Below are positions 25,165 through 32,334 of a DNA stretch of 37,481 nt, piece after piece. The notes beneath the pieces are model-generated. The model did no database searches, was not told the origin of the DNA, and was given only the letters and a program-made list of their open reading frames with translations. Numbering within the stretch: position 1 is the stretch's first letter; every line of letters starts with the position of its first letter. Where the stretch lies: IMG/VR virus record IMGVR_UViG_3300045988_146796, positions 1 to 37,481 of that record. One strand, given 5' to 3'. The position numbers and the translations under genes were made by a program. Origin of the DNA: a virus.

Positions 25165-25296
25165 ATGCCCGACCGACTCGATCAAGAGATCCTTGCAAAG
25201 TTCCGCGAGCTTACCCCTGAGAATCAGGAAGCGATTCTTGCTTACTTAGTAGAAGTTCTATTTGGGCCAGCAGCATCTTCTTCTGATCGTCGGTAA
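25165..25296 (+). CDS. Possible 43-aa micro-protein (MPDRLDQEILAKFRELTPENQEAILAYLVEVLFGPAASSSDRR) antisense to the repressor 3' end
   Basis: The ATG lies 6 nt after GAGAGGAAAGAGAGG. It overlaps the repressor stop region by 86 nt on the opposite strand. The peptide resembles the repressor C-terminal helix motif. Confidence 0.3.
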   Translation: MPDRLDQEILAKFRELTPENQEAILAYLVEVLFGPAASSSDRR

Positions 25297-25573
25297 GCCG
25301 GCGAACCAATTCCATCAAGCGCGCTTCCAATGGGGAAAGACCGTCGACCTTCAGGTCGGCGGTTTTTTCTGTTTCATCATACCCGAGCAGATACGCCGGA
25401 GACGTGCGGAGCACAACAGCGAGTTTCGCGATCTTGTCTCTACGCATATTAGCAATGTCTCCGGTTTCCCATTTGCGAACGGTGCTTTTACCGACGCCGA
25501 CAATATTGCCGACTTCCTCTAAAGTCAGGCCGAGCTCTTCTCGGCGCTGCTTGATTTTATCTTTCATTTCCAT
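25211..25573 (-). CDS. cI-like repressor (XRE-family HTH)
   Basis: It contains LGLTLEEVGNIVGVGKSTVRKWETG, a classic HTH_3 motif. It is transcribed divergently from a Cro-like gene and lies next to the integrase. Confidence 0.85.
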   Translation of the reverse strand: MEMKDKIKQRREELGLTLEEVGNIVGVGKSTVRKWETGDIANMRRDKIAKLAVVLRTSPAYLLGYDETEKTADLKVDGLSPLEARLMELVRRLTDDQKKMLLAQIELLLSKQESLPDSQG

Positions 25574-25597
25574 AGGGTATCACCTCACTTTTCGATG

Positions 25598-25626
25598 ATG
25601 ATAACATAAAGGTGTCATTTATGCAA
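25598..25626 (-). promoter_or_regulatory. Repressor promoter (minus strand), TTGCAT-N17-(TGt)TATCAT
   Basis: I read it from the reverse complement. It lies about 25 nt upstream of the GAGGTGA RBS and ATG 25573. Confidence 0.55.
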
Positions 25627-25633
25627 CATAAAA

Positions 25634-25649
25634 GTATCGTAAAAGACAA
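25634..25649. promoter_or_regulatory. Operator-like dyad copy 1 (GTATCGTAAAAGACAA)
   Basis: It shares the pattern GTrTC-N6-GAC with the copies at 25688 and 25922. It lies between the divergent promoters. Confidence 0.45.
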
Positions 25650-25658
25650 AAATAATTC

Positions 25659-25686
25659 TTGACATTCGAAAATGGTATGATAATAT
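25659..25686 (+). promoter_or_regulatory. Early (Cro-side) promoter, TTGACA-N16-(TGa)TAATAT
   Basis: The -35 hexamer is consensus and the -10 is extended. It lies 38 nt upstream of GTG 25724. Confidence 0.65.
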
Positions 25687-25687
25687 A

Positions 25688-25703
25688 GTGTCGTAAAGGA
25701 CGC
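25688..25703. promoter_or_regulatory. Operator-like dyad copy 2 (GTGTCGTAAAGGACGC)
   Basis: It starts 2 nt after the -10 of the early promoter, an ideal position for repression. The half-sites GTGTC and GACgC are near-palindromic. Confidence 0.5.
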
Positions 25704-25723
25704 TTGAAAAGGAGGTGAACATC

Positions 25724-25930
25724 GTGAACTCGAAGGCATTGTACGACGCTATGAAGGCAAAGGGAATCCAGGTCGGGAAAATGTGCGAGCTTTTGAACAT
25801 GAGCAGAAGCGCATTTTATAGAAAGACAAGAGGTAAATCCGAATTTACGCTGAGCGAGATCCAGAAAATTTGTGAGGTGCTGAACCTGTCTTCGCCGATC
25901 GGGATTTTTTTTGCGCAAGCGGTGTCCTAA
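25724..25930 (+). CDS. Cro-like small HTH regulator (DUF739/XRE-like)
   Basis: GTG 25724 lies 6 nt after GGAGGTG. The product contains MCELLNMSRSAFYRKTRGKSEFTLSEIQKI, an HTH motif. It is divergent from the repressor. Confidence 0.7.
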   Translation: MNSKALYDAMKAKGIQVGKMCELLNMSRSAFYRKTRGKSEFTLSEIQKICEVLNLSSPIGIFFAQAVS

Positions 25931-25937
25931 AAGACGC
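25922..25937. promoter_or_regulatory. Operator-like dyad copy 3 (GTGTCCTAAAAGACGC)
   Basis: It matches copy 2 at 13 of 16 positions, and the shared GACGCTT continues the match to 25939. It overlaps the Cro-like stop codon. Confidence 0.45.
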
Positions 25938-25950
25938 TTATAGGCAAAAG

Positions 25951-25985
25951 AAAACCGCTGCGGAACCAGCGCAGCAGTTTTCTCC
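25951..25985. terminator. Bidirectional rho-independent terminator
   Basis: AAAAC-c-GCTGCG-gaaccag-CGCAGC-a-GTTTT carries an A-run on one side and a T-run on the other. It sits between the convergent Cro-like gene and a small minus-strand gene. Confidence 0.65.
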
Positions 25986-25996
25986 GGCGTTAGGTA

Positions 25997-26155
25997 TCAC
26001 ATCGCAGAAAGTTCATCTGCAAGAACTCGGATGAATTCAGCGACATCCTTTGCGCTTTCGCCATCAGGATGAATAGCCGTGCAGGCAGGACTGGCAAGAA
26101 CGACTTTCGCAACTTCGATAGCGTGCTCTAACGCCTGGTCTCTTGTGTACACCAT
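25997..26155 (-). CDS. Small acidic protein, 52 aa (MVYTRDQALEHAIEVAKVVLASPACTAIHPDGESAKDVAEFIRVLADELSAM)
   Basis: The ATG lies 6 nt after AAAGGAGGTGAGAC. Only the last 52 codons of the 279-aa track ORF look real. A consensus promoter lies upstream. Confidence 0.55.
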   Translation of the reverse strand: MVYTRDQALEHAIEVAKVVLASPACTAIHPDGESAKDVAEFIRVLADELSAM

Positions 26156-26219
26156 TGTCTCACCTCCTTTCGCTAATAATGCGGCAGGGGCGAAGACGCG
26201 GCGGAGAGACGGCAAAATT

Positions 26220-26248
26220 ATTATATCAAAAATTTGTCTTTTTTGCAA
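26220..26248 (-). promoter_or_regulatory. Near-consensus promoter TTGCAA-N17-TATAAT on the minus strand
   Basis: I read it from the reverse complement. It drives the 52-aa gene with a leader of about 45 nt. Confidence 0.6.
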
Positions 26249-26329
26249 CACATATTCGGCGAACCGAAAGGCTGCGGCAAGCGGACAAACCGGGGCGGCA
26301 TAGATTCTGAAAGAAAGGAGCGTGCGGGC

Positions 26330-26509
26330 ATGGGGAAGCGGAAACAGGAGCCGATCATCGTAAAGGCCTACGTCAAGACGGCGGACGGCGGCGAGGTGGA
26401 CGTGGACACGCTCAGCGACGAGCAGCGCGAGAAGCTGGGCACATGGCTGCGCGTGACCTACCTGAACGAGCTGTGCCGCGGAAAGGCAAAATTCCACGTG
26501 AAACAATAA
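26330..26509 (+). CDS. Hypothetical early protein, 59 aa
   Basis: The ATG lies 10 nt after GAAAGGAG. It is the first + strand ORF of the early region. Confidence 0.5.
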   Translation: MGKRKQEPIIVKAYVKTADGGEVDVDTLSDEQREKLGTWLRVTYLNELCRGKAKFHVKQ

Positions 26510-26548
26510 GAGGCAAGGGAAACGCCTTTGCAGAAAGAGAGGGACAAA

Positions 26549-26821
26549 ATGCAAAAGAGAGACCGACGCACGAGAGAAGAGCGGGCGCTGCGGCGCGCGC
26601 AGACGCTGCTGCGGCTGGCGGTACTGCTGTGGATCGCGGTGCTGCTGCTGTGCCTGCTGTCGCCGGACTGCCTGGCAGCTGAGGCGGAGGCGATGGCAGC
26701 GGCGGCGGAAGAGCCGGACGTGACGTGGCTGGCCGTGATCGGCGCGGCATGGCTCACCTATCGGGGCATGACGCTGCTGCTGAAGCTGGACGAGCCGAGA
26801 AAGAAAAGGAGGATCAAATGA
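26549..26821 (+). CDS. Small membrane protein, 90 aa, two hydrophobic segments
   Basis: ATG 26549 follows AGAAAGAGAGGGA; the track's TTG 26528 is an alternative. The hydrophobic segments are LLRLAVLLWIAVLLLCLL and WLAVIGAAWL. Confidence 0.5.
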   Translation: MQKRDRRTREERALRRAQTLLRLAVLLWIAVLLLCLLSPDCLAAEAEAMAAAAEEPDVTWLAVIGAAWLTYRGMTLLLKLDEPRKKRRIK

Positions 26822-27150
26822 GCAACTTATCACCAAACGGGCAGTTATTAGGGAATCTGGAACACACGGCGGCGGAGCTGCTGGAAAGCACGGTGCAGGA
26901 GCGTGGGCGCGGATTCGCCAGCGACAATGAGAGCTGGGCCGAGATCAAGGGGCACCTTGAGCGCGCGAAGAAGATGGCAGGCGACGTCGAAAAAGTCCAC
27001 AAAGAAATGTGGGACGCCATCAAGGACCAGAACGACGACGCATACAGAGCGCTTGCAAACGAGCTGACGCGCGCCGGCGCTGCGACGGCGGCGGAATGGG
27101 TCATTGTATCCGTCCTGTCGAAGATCGCCGTTGAGATGACGCAGGAGTAG
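26818..27150 (+). CDS. Hypothetical protein, 110 aa
   Basis: Its start overlaps the upstream stop as ATGA, with AAAGGAGGA upstream. Confidence 0.55.
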   Translation: MSNLSPNGQLLGNLEHTAAELLESTVQERGRGFASDNESWAEIKGHLERAKKMAGDVEKVHKEMWDAIKDQNDDAYRALANELTRAGAATAAEWVIVSVLSKIAVEMTQE

Positions 27151-27153
27151 ACG

Positions 27154-27483
27154 ATGAAGGAGGACAAGTTCTGCAACAAGAATCACCGGCCGACGCTCTG
27201 CTGGTCATGCCGGCGGGCGTGCGGCGGGTGCTCATGGACGGCGAGAGACCCCAAGACACACGAGATCCGCTTTGAGCCTGTGGAAGGGTGGGAGGCGGAA
27301 AAGACAGTGGTGCGAGGGACGAGCAGCCGAAGACAGGGACACAAGCTCGAAGGCTACTCGACCTACTACTACGCCATGGAAAGCTACCGCGTGCTGCGCT
27401 GCCCGCTCTACGAGCCAGACACGCGGACGAGGGCCAAAAGCGCCATGCCGGACTGGGCGGTGCGCGCGAGGGTAAGGGTATGA
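27154..27483 (+). CDS. Cys-rich (zinc-binding?) hypothetical protein, 109 aa
   Basis: It contains CNKNHRPTLCWSCRRACGGC and a later RCP motif. The ATG follows CAGGAG. Confidence 0.55.
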   Translation: MKEDKFCNKNHRPTLCWSCRRACGGCSWTARDPKTHEIRFEPVEGWEAEKTVVRGTSSRRQGHKLEGYSTYYYAMESYRVLRCPLYEPDTRTRAKSAMPDWAVRARVRV

Positions 27484-27544
27484 AGGAAAATAAAAAGGGC
27501 GGCTGACCGATGGCACCGGTCAACCGCCACGAAGAAAAACACAC

Positions 27545-29422
27545 ATGAAAGGAGATTTTCTTCCCCGCCATTATAGCATGCGGCGGGGAAGAAGTGCAAG
27601 GGGAATGCTGGAACGAAATTATCAGAAAAGCGCGCTCGACGAGCTGAGTGTCGTGCTTTTTGCGGGCGGAGGGGGCAGCGACACGGGAATCTCGTGTATG
27701 ACCGGCAAGCCCGTTGACATCGCTATCAACCATGACGCCGATGCGATCCGGATGCATAAGACGAACCACCCTTGGACGCGGCATTTGCAGGAGGACGTTT
27801 TCGCAGTAGATCCGAAAGAGGTCTGCGCCGACCAGAAGGTCGGCATTCTGTGGGCCTCACCGGACTGCACACACTTCTCCAGGGCGCGCGGCGGCGTGCC
27901 GGTCAAGAAAGAGATTCGCGGGCTCTCGTGGGTTGTGGTCAAATGGGCGCTCGCCGTGCGGCCGCGCGTGATGTTCATGGAGAATGTCGAAGAAATCCAG
28001 ACATGGGGGCCGTGCATCGAAACGCCGAAGGGGTTGCAGCCGGACCCTGCACGGGCGGGGGAGACTTTCAAGGGCTTCCTTGCCATGCTGACAAGCGGCA
28101 TTGCACCGGATCATCCGGCGCTCAAGGAATGCTGCGAGTTTCTGCACGTCTCAGAAGGCAGCACGGAGGCGAAGCGGCTGATCGCTGGTCTCGGCTACGA
28201 CTTCGGCAGCAAAATTCTATGCGCTGCAGATTATGGCGTGCCGACCATCCGCAAGCGCTGGTTCGCCGTGTTCCGCTGCGACGGGCAGCCGGTGAAATTT
28301 CCCGAGCCTACTCACGCCAAAGACGGGAAGGACGGCCTGCCGCGCTGGCGAAGCGCCGCAGAGGTCATTGACTGGGCACTTCCGTGCCCGAGCATTTTCG
28401 CCAGCAAAGCAGAGATCGCAGAGAGGTACGGGCTAAAAGCTGTTCGTCCGTTGGCGGACAACACGATGCGCCGCGTCATCCGCGGCGTGGACAAGTTTAC
28501 CATTAAAAGCGGGAAGCCATTCCTTGTGGAGTGCAATCACGGCGGTGACGGGCACACGCGAAGTATCGAAACGCCTGTCAACACCATAACGGGCCGCTAT
28601 ACCGGCGGCGTGTGCAAATCCGTGCTGTCGCCGCTGACCATGAGCAATGTTTCCGGCGCGGCGGGCACGGACTGCCGTGCACCATTGAACACAGCGCGCA
28701 CGAGCGGCGGGGGCGGCCAGATGCTTATTGCATCCAGTCTGATTCAGTATCACACCGAGAGAACGGAGAGCGCACGGGTGCAAGGGCTCGGCGCTCCGCT
28801 GCAAACGGTGGACGGATCCAACCGCTACGGCCTCGCGTCCGCAAACCTCATTGAATATTACAGCAACGGCCGGCCGCTCGACATCAGAGAGCCAATACAT
28901 ACGCAGACAGCAAAAGACCGCGACGCGCTGATGATAACGCACATCTGCAAATTCAAGGGCGACAACATCGGACAAGCCCCGGCGGAACCTTTGCAAACCG
29001 TTACTGCCTCGGCGGGAGAATTCGCCGCCGTCAAAGTAACGATTGAGCGCTGCAAGAACGGCGCGGGGCTGGGCTTCTGGCCGAAGGTGAGGGTGCTGCT
29101 GAATACATATTGCGGCTACGATCTCGGCGATGACGAGATTATCCTGCTCTGGATCAGCGGCGCGGCGTACTTTATCAGCGATATCGGGTTGAGGATGCTG
29201 ACGCCGCGCGAGCTGTATAACGCGATGGGGTTTCCGCCGGACTATGTTATTGACCGCGATTATACGGGCAAAGAGTACAAGCGCAGCGCCCAGGTCGCAC
29301 GATGCGGGAATGCGGTATGCCCGCCCGTCGCGGGCGCCTTGGTTGCCGTTAACCTGAAAGACTGCGCACTGCCGCATTATATCGGCACACTGAGCGAGCT
29401 GTGGGAAAGGGTGAGCGCATGA
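27545..29422 (+). CDS. DNA (cytosine-5)-methyltransferase with an unusually long variable (target-recognition) region
   Basis: Recognised motifs are I (LFAGGGG), IV (SPDCTHFS), VI (MENVEEI), VIII (TIRKRWF), IX-like (LTPRELYNAMGFP) and X (GNAVCPPV). About 300 aa separate motifs VIII and IX. The start codon is uncertain (27545, 27578 or 27605). Confidence 0.85.
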   Translation: MKGDFLPRHYSMRRGRSARGMLERNYQKSALDELSVVLFAGGGGSDTGISCMTGKPVDIAINHDADAIRMHKTNHPWTRHLQEDVFAVDPKEVCADQKVGILWASPDCTHFSRARGGVPVKKEIRGLSWVVVKWALAVRPRVMFMENVEEIQTWGPCIETPKGLQPDPARAGETFKGFLAMLTSGIAPDHPALKECCEFLHVSEGSTEAKRLIAGLGYDFGSKILCAADYGVPTIRKRWFAVFRCDGQPVKFPEPTHAKDGKDGLPRWRSAAEVIDWALPCPSIFASKAEIAERYGLKAVRPLADNTMRRVIRGVDKFTIKSGKPFLVECNHGGDGHTRSIETPVNTITGRYTGGVCKSVLSPLTMSNVSGAAGTDCRAPLNTARTSGGGGQMLIASSLIQYHTERTESARVQGLGAPLQTVDGSNRYGLASANLIEYYSNGRPLDIREPIHTQTAKDRDALMITHICKFKGDNIGQAPAEPLQTVTASAGEFAAVKVTIERCKNGAGLGFWPKVRVLLNTYCGYDLGDDEIILLWISGAAYFISDIGLRMLTPRELYNAMGFPPDYVIDRDYTGKEYKRSAQVARCGNAVCPPVAGALVAVNLKDCALPHYIGTLSELWERVSA

Positions 29423-29640
29423 AGCGAAGCGACTATCTGAAGCTCTGCGTGAGCGCGGCGATGCTTACCTATCGCAAGCCGAAGGTGCTGTATGCCGGGA
29501 TTGAATATTACCCGGAGGGGTACGAAATGCGCTTCGACAAAAGCGGCAAGGCGATCCATACGGCAATTTTGCGCGACTGCGCGAAGAAAAACTGCCTTTT
29601 CTACTGCCCGCTGAAGAAGGTGCAGGAGGTAGAGGCATGA
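29419..29640 (+). CDS. Hypothetical small protein, 73 aa
   Basis: Its start overlaps the methyltransferase stop as ATGA. Confidence 0.55.
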   Translation: MKRSDYLKLCVSAAMLTYRKPKVLYAGIEYYPEGYEMRFDKSGKAIHTAILRDCAKKNCLFYCPLKKVQEVEA

Positions 29641-30248
29641 GCAAAGCGGTTTTAATCAGTATCCGCCCGCGATGGTGCGAGAAGATCGTCAACGGCGATA
29701 AGACGATCGAGGTGCGCAAGACGCGCCCGAAGATGAACACGCCGTTTAAGTGCTATATCTACTGCACGCTGCCAAAATATCCGCACGAGGACTTCATTGC
29801 GACGAACTATCCAAGGCCACAGTTTTACGGCGGCGGCAAGGTCGTCGGGGAGTTTACCTGCGACCGAATCGACTGGATCACGCACATCGGGTACACGGGC
29901 ATTCCGAATTTAGTGGAGACTCGCATTTGCGACGCCGCCACCATGCGCACATCGCCCGTCGGCGGGCTGCTCAATGCAGCCTGCTTGACGCCTGAAATGC
30001 TGAATGATTACCTCGCGTGGGACGACGGTTACGGCTGGCATATCTCTGATCTGCGCATCTACGACGTGCCGCGCGAGCTGAGTGAGTTTTGGCGAAGCTG
30101 CCCGGAATATTCAGAGCTTAGCACAAACTGCTTGCTATGCGAAAATGTTTGCGGAGATAGCGACGAAACGGACTGCAACACGGATGGGCGGATATATCTT
30201 CGCCGCGCGCCGCAGAGCTGGTGCTATGTAGAGGAGGTGCGCGCATGA
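29637..30248 (+). CDS. ASCH (PUA-like) domain protein
   Basis: The N-terminus KAVLISIRPRWCEKIVNGDKTIEVRKTRP matches the ASCH signature. Its start overlaps the upstream stop as ATGA. Confidence 0.6.
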   Translation: MSKAVLISIRPRWCEKIVNGDKTIEVRKTRPKMNTPFKCYIYCTLPKYPHEDFIATNYPRPQFYGGGKVVGEFTCDRIDWITHIGYTGIPNLVETRICDAATMRTSPVGGLLNAACLTPEMLNDYLAWDDGYGWHISDLRIYDVPRELSEFWRSCPEYSELSTNCLLCENVCGDSDETDCNTDGRIYLRRAPQSWCYVEEVRA

Positions 30249-30934
30249 ACATTGCTGAAAATATCGATTGTATGAAGGCAATGAAGAAGCTGCCGGACAA
30301 GGCTTTTGACCTCGCTGTGGTCGATCCGCCGTATTTCAGCGGGCCGGAGCGGCGCGGATATTATGGCTGCAAGATCAGCAAAATTGGTGTACACAGAGAC
30401 TACCCCATATCACCAAAGTGGGATATTCCGACACGTGAATATTTCGATGAGCTGGAACGGGTCGCAAAGCGCTATGTCGTTTGGGGCTGTAACTACTTCG
30501 ACTATCACTTTGCGCCGGGGCGCATTGTTTGGGACAAGTGCAACGAGGGCAGCCCTTTTAGCGATTGCGAGATCGCAGCCACAAACTGCCATGACAGCGT
30601 GCGGCTTTTCCGCTACATGTGGAATGGCATGATGCAGGGCAAAAGCATCGCAGAGGGGTTTATCCAGCGAGGGAATAAGGCGCTGAACGAGCAGCGCATT
30701 CATCCGACGCAGAAGCCTGTGGCGCTTTACGTGTGGTTGCTTCAGAAGTACGCGAAGCCCGGGGACAAGATACTCGATACACACCTCGGCAGCGGCAGCA
30801 GCCGTATCGCTGCATTGGAGCTTGGGCTCGATTTTGTAGGGTACGAAATTGACGAGTACTACTACGAAGCGCAGGAAAGGCGCTTTGAGGAATATGCCTC
30901 GCAGGGGAGCCTTTTTGCAGGAGGTGCGCGATGA
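30245..30934 (+). CDS. DNA N6-adenine/N4-cytosine methyltransferase (beta class, N6_N4_Mtase family)
   Basis: It contains DPPY (VVDPPYF), HPTQKP and LDTHLGSGSS in the beta-class order. ATG 30245 follows GAGGAGGTG. Confidence 0.85.
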   Translation: MNIAENIDCMKAMKKLPDKAFDLAVVDPPYFSGPERRGYYGCKISKIGVHRDYPISPKWDIPTREYFDELERVAKRYVVWGCNYFDYHFAPGRIVWDKCNEGSPFSDCEIAATNCHDSVRLFRYMWNGMMQGKSIAEGFIQRGNKALNEQRIHPTQKPVALYVWLLQKYAKPGDKILDTHLGSGSSRIAALELGLDFVGYEIDEYYYEAQERRFEEYASQGSLFAGGAR

Positions 30935-31023
30935 ATAGCATTCAGGCGAGCCAGATCATGGGCGGGAACGGGGCAAAGGCGAACGTCGGCGGCGTGGTCA
31001 TCCACGAGAGCTTCAAATTTTAA
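30931..31023 (+). CDS. Possible 30-aa ORF (MNSIQASQIMGGNGAKANVGGVVIHESFKF)
   Basis: Its start overlaps the upstream stop as ATGA, after CAGGAGGTG. It is very short, and there is no other support. Confidence 0.25.
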   Translation: MNSIQASQIMGGNGAKANVGGVVIHESFKF

Positions 31024-31036
31024 GGAGGGTATAGAC

Positions 31037-31291
31037 ATGATCAGCTACAAGAATGAGAACGGAAACGTGAAGGAACTGGCGGCCCAAGGGTCGATGAAAG
31101 ACCTGCTCGCCGAATCGGCCTACCTGCTCACGGCGGTCTACAGTATGCTTGCGCGCAGAGACAAAGCGGTGGCGGAGATCTTCAAGGTGAGCATGATGAT
31201 GGCCGTGGGAGACCCGGAATCGCCGGTATGGCAGGACCTGAAGCCGAACTGCCTCAGCATCGTGGAGAGGAGAAAGAAGGAGGAGACGTGA
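31037..31291 (+). CDS. Hypothetical protein, 84 aa
   Basis: The ATG lies 7 nt after AAGGAGGG. Confidence 0.55.
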   Translation: MISYKNENGNVKELAAQGSMKDLLAESAYLLTAVYSMLARRDKAVAEIFKVSMMMAVGDPESPVWQDLKPNCLSIVERRKKEET

Positions 31292-31623
31292 TGGTTTCGG
31301 GCGAGGCGCTGAAAAAGTTGCAAGAGCAGATCGCGGCGTGGCCGATGACGCAGCGGTTCGTGGTGCAGCAGCTCATTGAGGATTATTCGAATATCAGAAA
31401 GGATTTGCTCGCATACAAGAACACGGGGCTGACGCCGGAGCAGTGCGAAAACGCGAAGGTCATCATCGAAGCTGCCTTTAGCGATGACACGTCAAAGGCA
31501 GAGCGGATTCGGGAACTGTTGAAAGCTGACAAGGACGGTCGGTTGGTGGTGCTGCCTGTGCAAGGTGGGCGACACGCTATGGGTGACTGGACGCGACAAT
31601 GTGCCGCGAGAAATGGAACTTGA
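31291..31623 (+). CDS. Hypothetical protein, 5' part of an apparently frameshifted gene
   Basis: The ATG overlaps the previous stop. The last roughly 19 codons (GGRHAMGDWTRQCAARNGT) look out of frame, while the +1 frame continues with VGDTLWV... Confidence 0.45.
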   Translation: MVSGEALKKLQEQIAAWPMTQRFVVQQLIEDYSNIRKDLLAYKNTGLTPEQCENAKVIIEAAFSDDTSKAERIRELLKADKDGRLVVLPVQGGRHAMGDWTRQCAARNGT

Positions 31624-31804
31624 AGCCCCGGACATCAGAGCTGTTTGCACAGATGAGGATAATCTGTGTATGTCAACGTGCAATCGCAAGCCGGACGGGT
31701 TCTGCGCGTATCGTCTGCGTAATGATGGCACGGACATCGGTAAAACCATATTCCTGACCCACGAGGAAGCGGAGAAAGCATTGGAGGTGATGAAGGATGA
31801 ATGA
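31565..31804 (+). CDS. Hypothetical protein, 3' part of the same apparently frameshifted gene (or a separate 79-aa ORF from GTG)
   Basis: The frame opens at GTG 31565, inside the previous ORF. No separate RBS is visible. Confidence 0.45.
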   Translation: MGDTLWVTGRDNVPREMELEAPDIRAVCTDEDNLCMSTCNRKPDGFCAYRLRNDGTDIGKTIFLTHEEAEKALEVMKDE

Positions 31805-32105
31805 ATACATTGAGAGGGCTGCTGCTGTAAAGGTAGTTTTGCGGGAACGAAAACCAACAAATAGTGTGCCGCAAAATCGCATGTTATCTATTATCCAGCG
31901 AGATCTATTGACAATGCGCGCCGCTGACGTCGCGCCGGTGGTGCGTGGGCGGTGGGTCTCTGTTGCAGGAAAACGCGACCGCATTTGCTCACGGTGTCTG
32001 CGCAACGAGCCTTACAAAAATGCTGATGATGATGCAGAGGTGTTTGAATTTTGCCCGCATTGTGGCGCAAAGATGGACGGAGGTGGCGGCGATGAGGCTG
32101 ATTGA
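31797..32105 (+). CDS. Hypothetical protein, 102 aa, with a C-terminal CxxC...CxxC zinc ribbon
   Basis: The ATG overlaps the previous gene's end. It contains CSRC...CPHC. Confidence 0.55.
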   Translation: MNEYIERAAAVKVVLRERKPTNSVPQNRMLSIIQRDLLTMRAADVAPVVRGRWVSVAGKRDRICSRCLRNEPYKNADDDAEVFEFCPHCGAKMDGGGGDEAD

Positions 32106-32334
32106 TGCGGACACGATCTGTGAAGGCATGGTTGAAGGATGGCAAACGGTGCTTATCAAGGCTCAAGTTGATAACGCTCCCACCGTCGATGCCGTGGTCG
32201 TGGTGCGGTGCAAGGACTGCAAGCACCTTGTCGCGGCCAACGTCAACGGGAAAGGAATTCCCACCTGTCGAGTGAGCGGCATGGAGATCGCACCAGACGA
32301 ATTTTGCAGCCGCGGAGAGAAAGGACGGAGGTGA
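32092..32334 (+). CDS. Hypothetical protein, 80 aa (begins MRLIDADTI), Cys-containing
   Basis: ATG 32092 follows GGACGGAGGTGG. Its start overlaps the end of the upstream gene. Confidence 0.5.
   Translation: MRLIDADTICEGMVEGWQTVLIKAQVDNAPTVDAVVVVRCKDCKHLVAANVNGKGIPTCRVSGMEIAPDEFCSRGEKGRR

Noticed and set aside
26156-26836. The upstream 227 codons of the 279-aa minus-strand ORF 25997..26836.
   Set aside because: This part is Gln/Arg/Pro-rich junk antisense to three + strand early genes. A strong RBS plus ATG at 26155 and a consensus promoter at 26220-26248 define a 52-aa gene instead.
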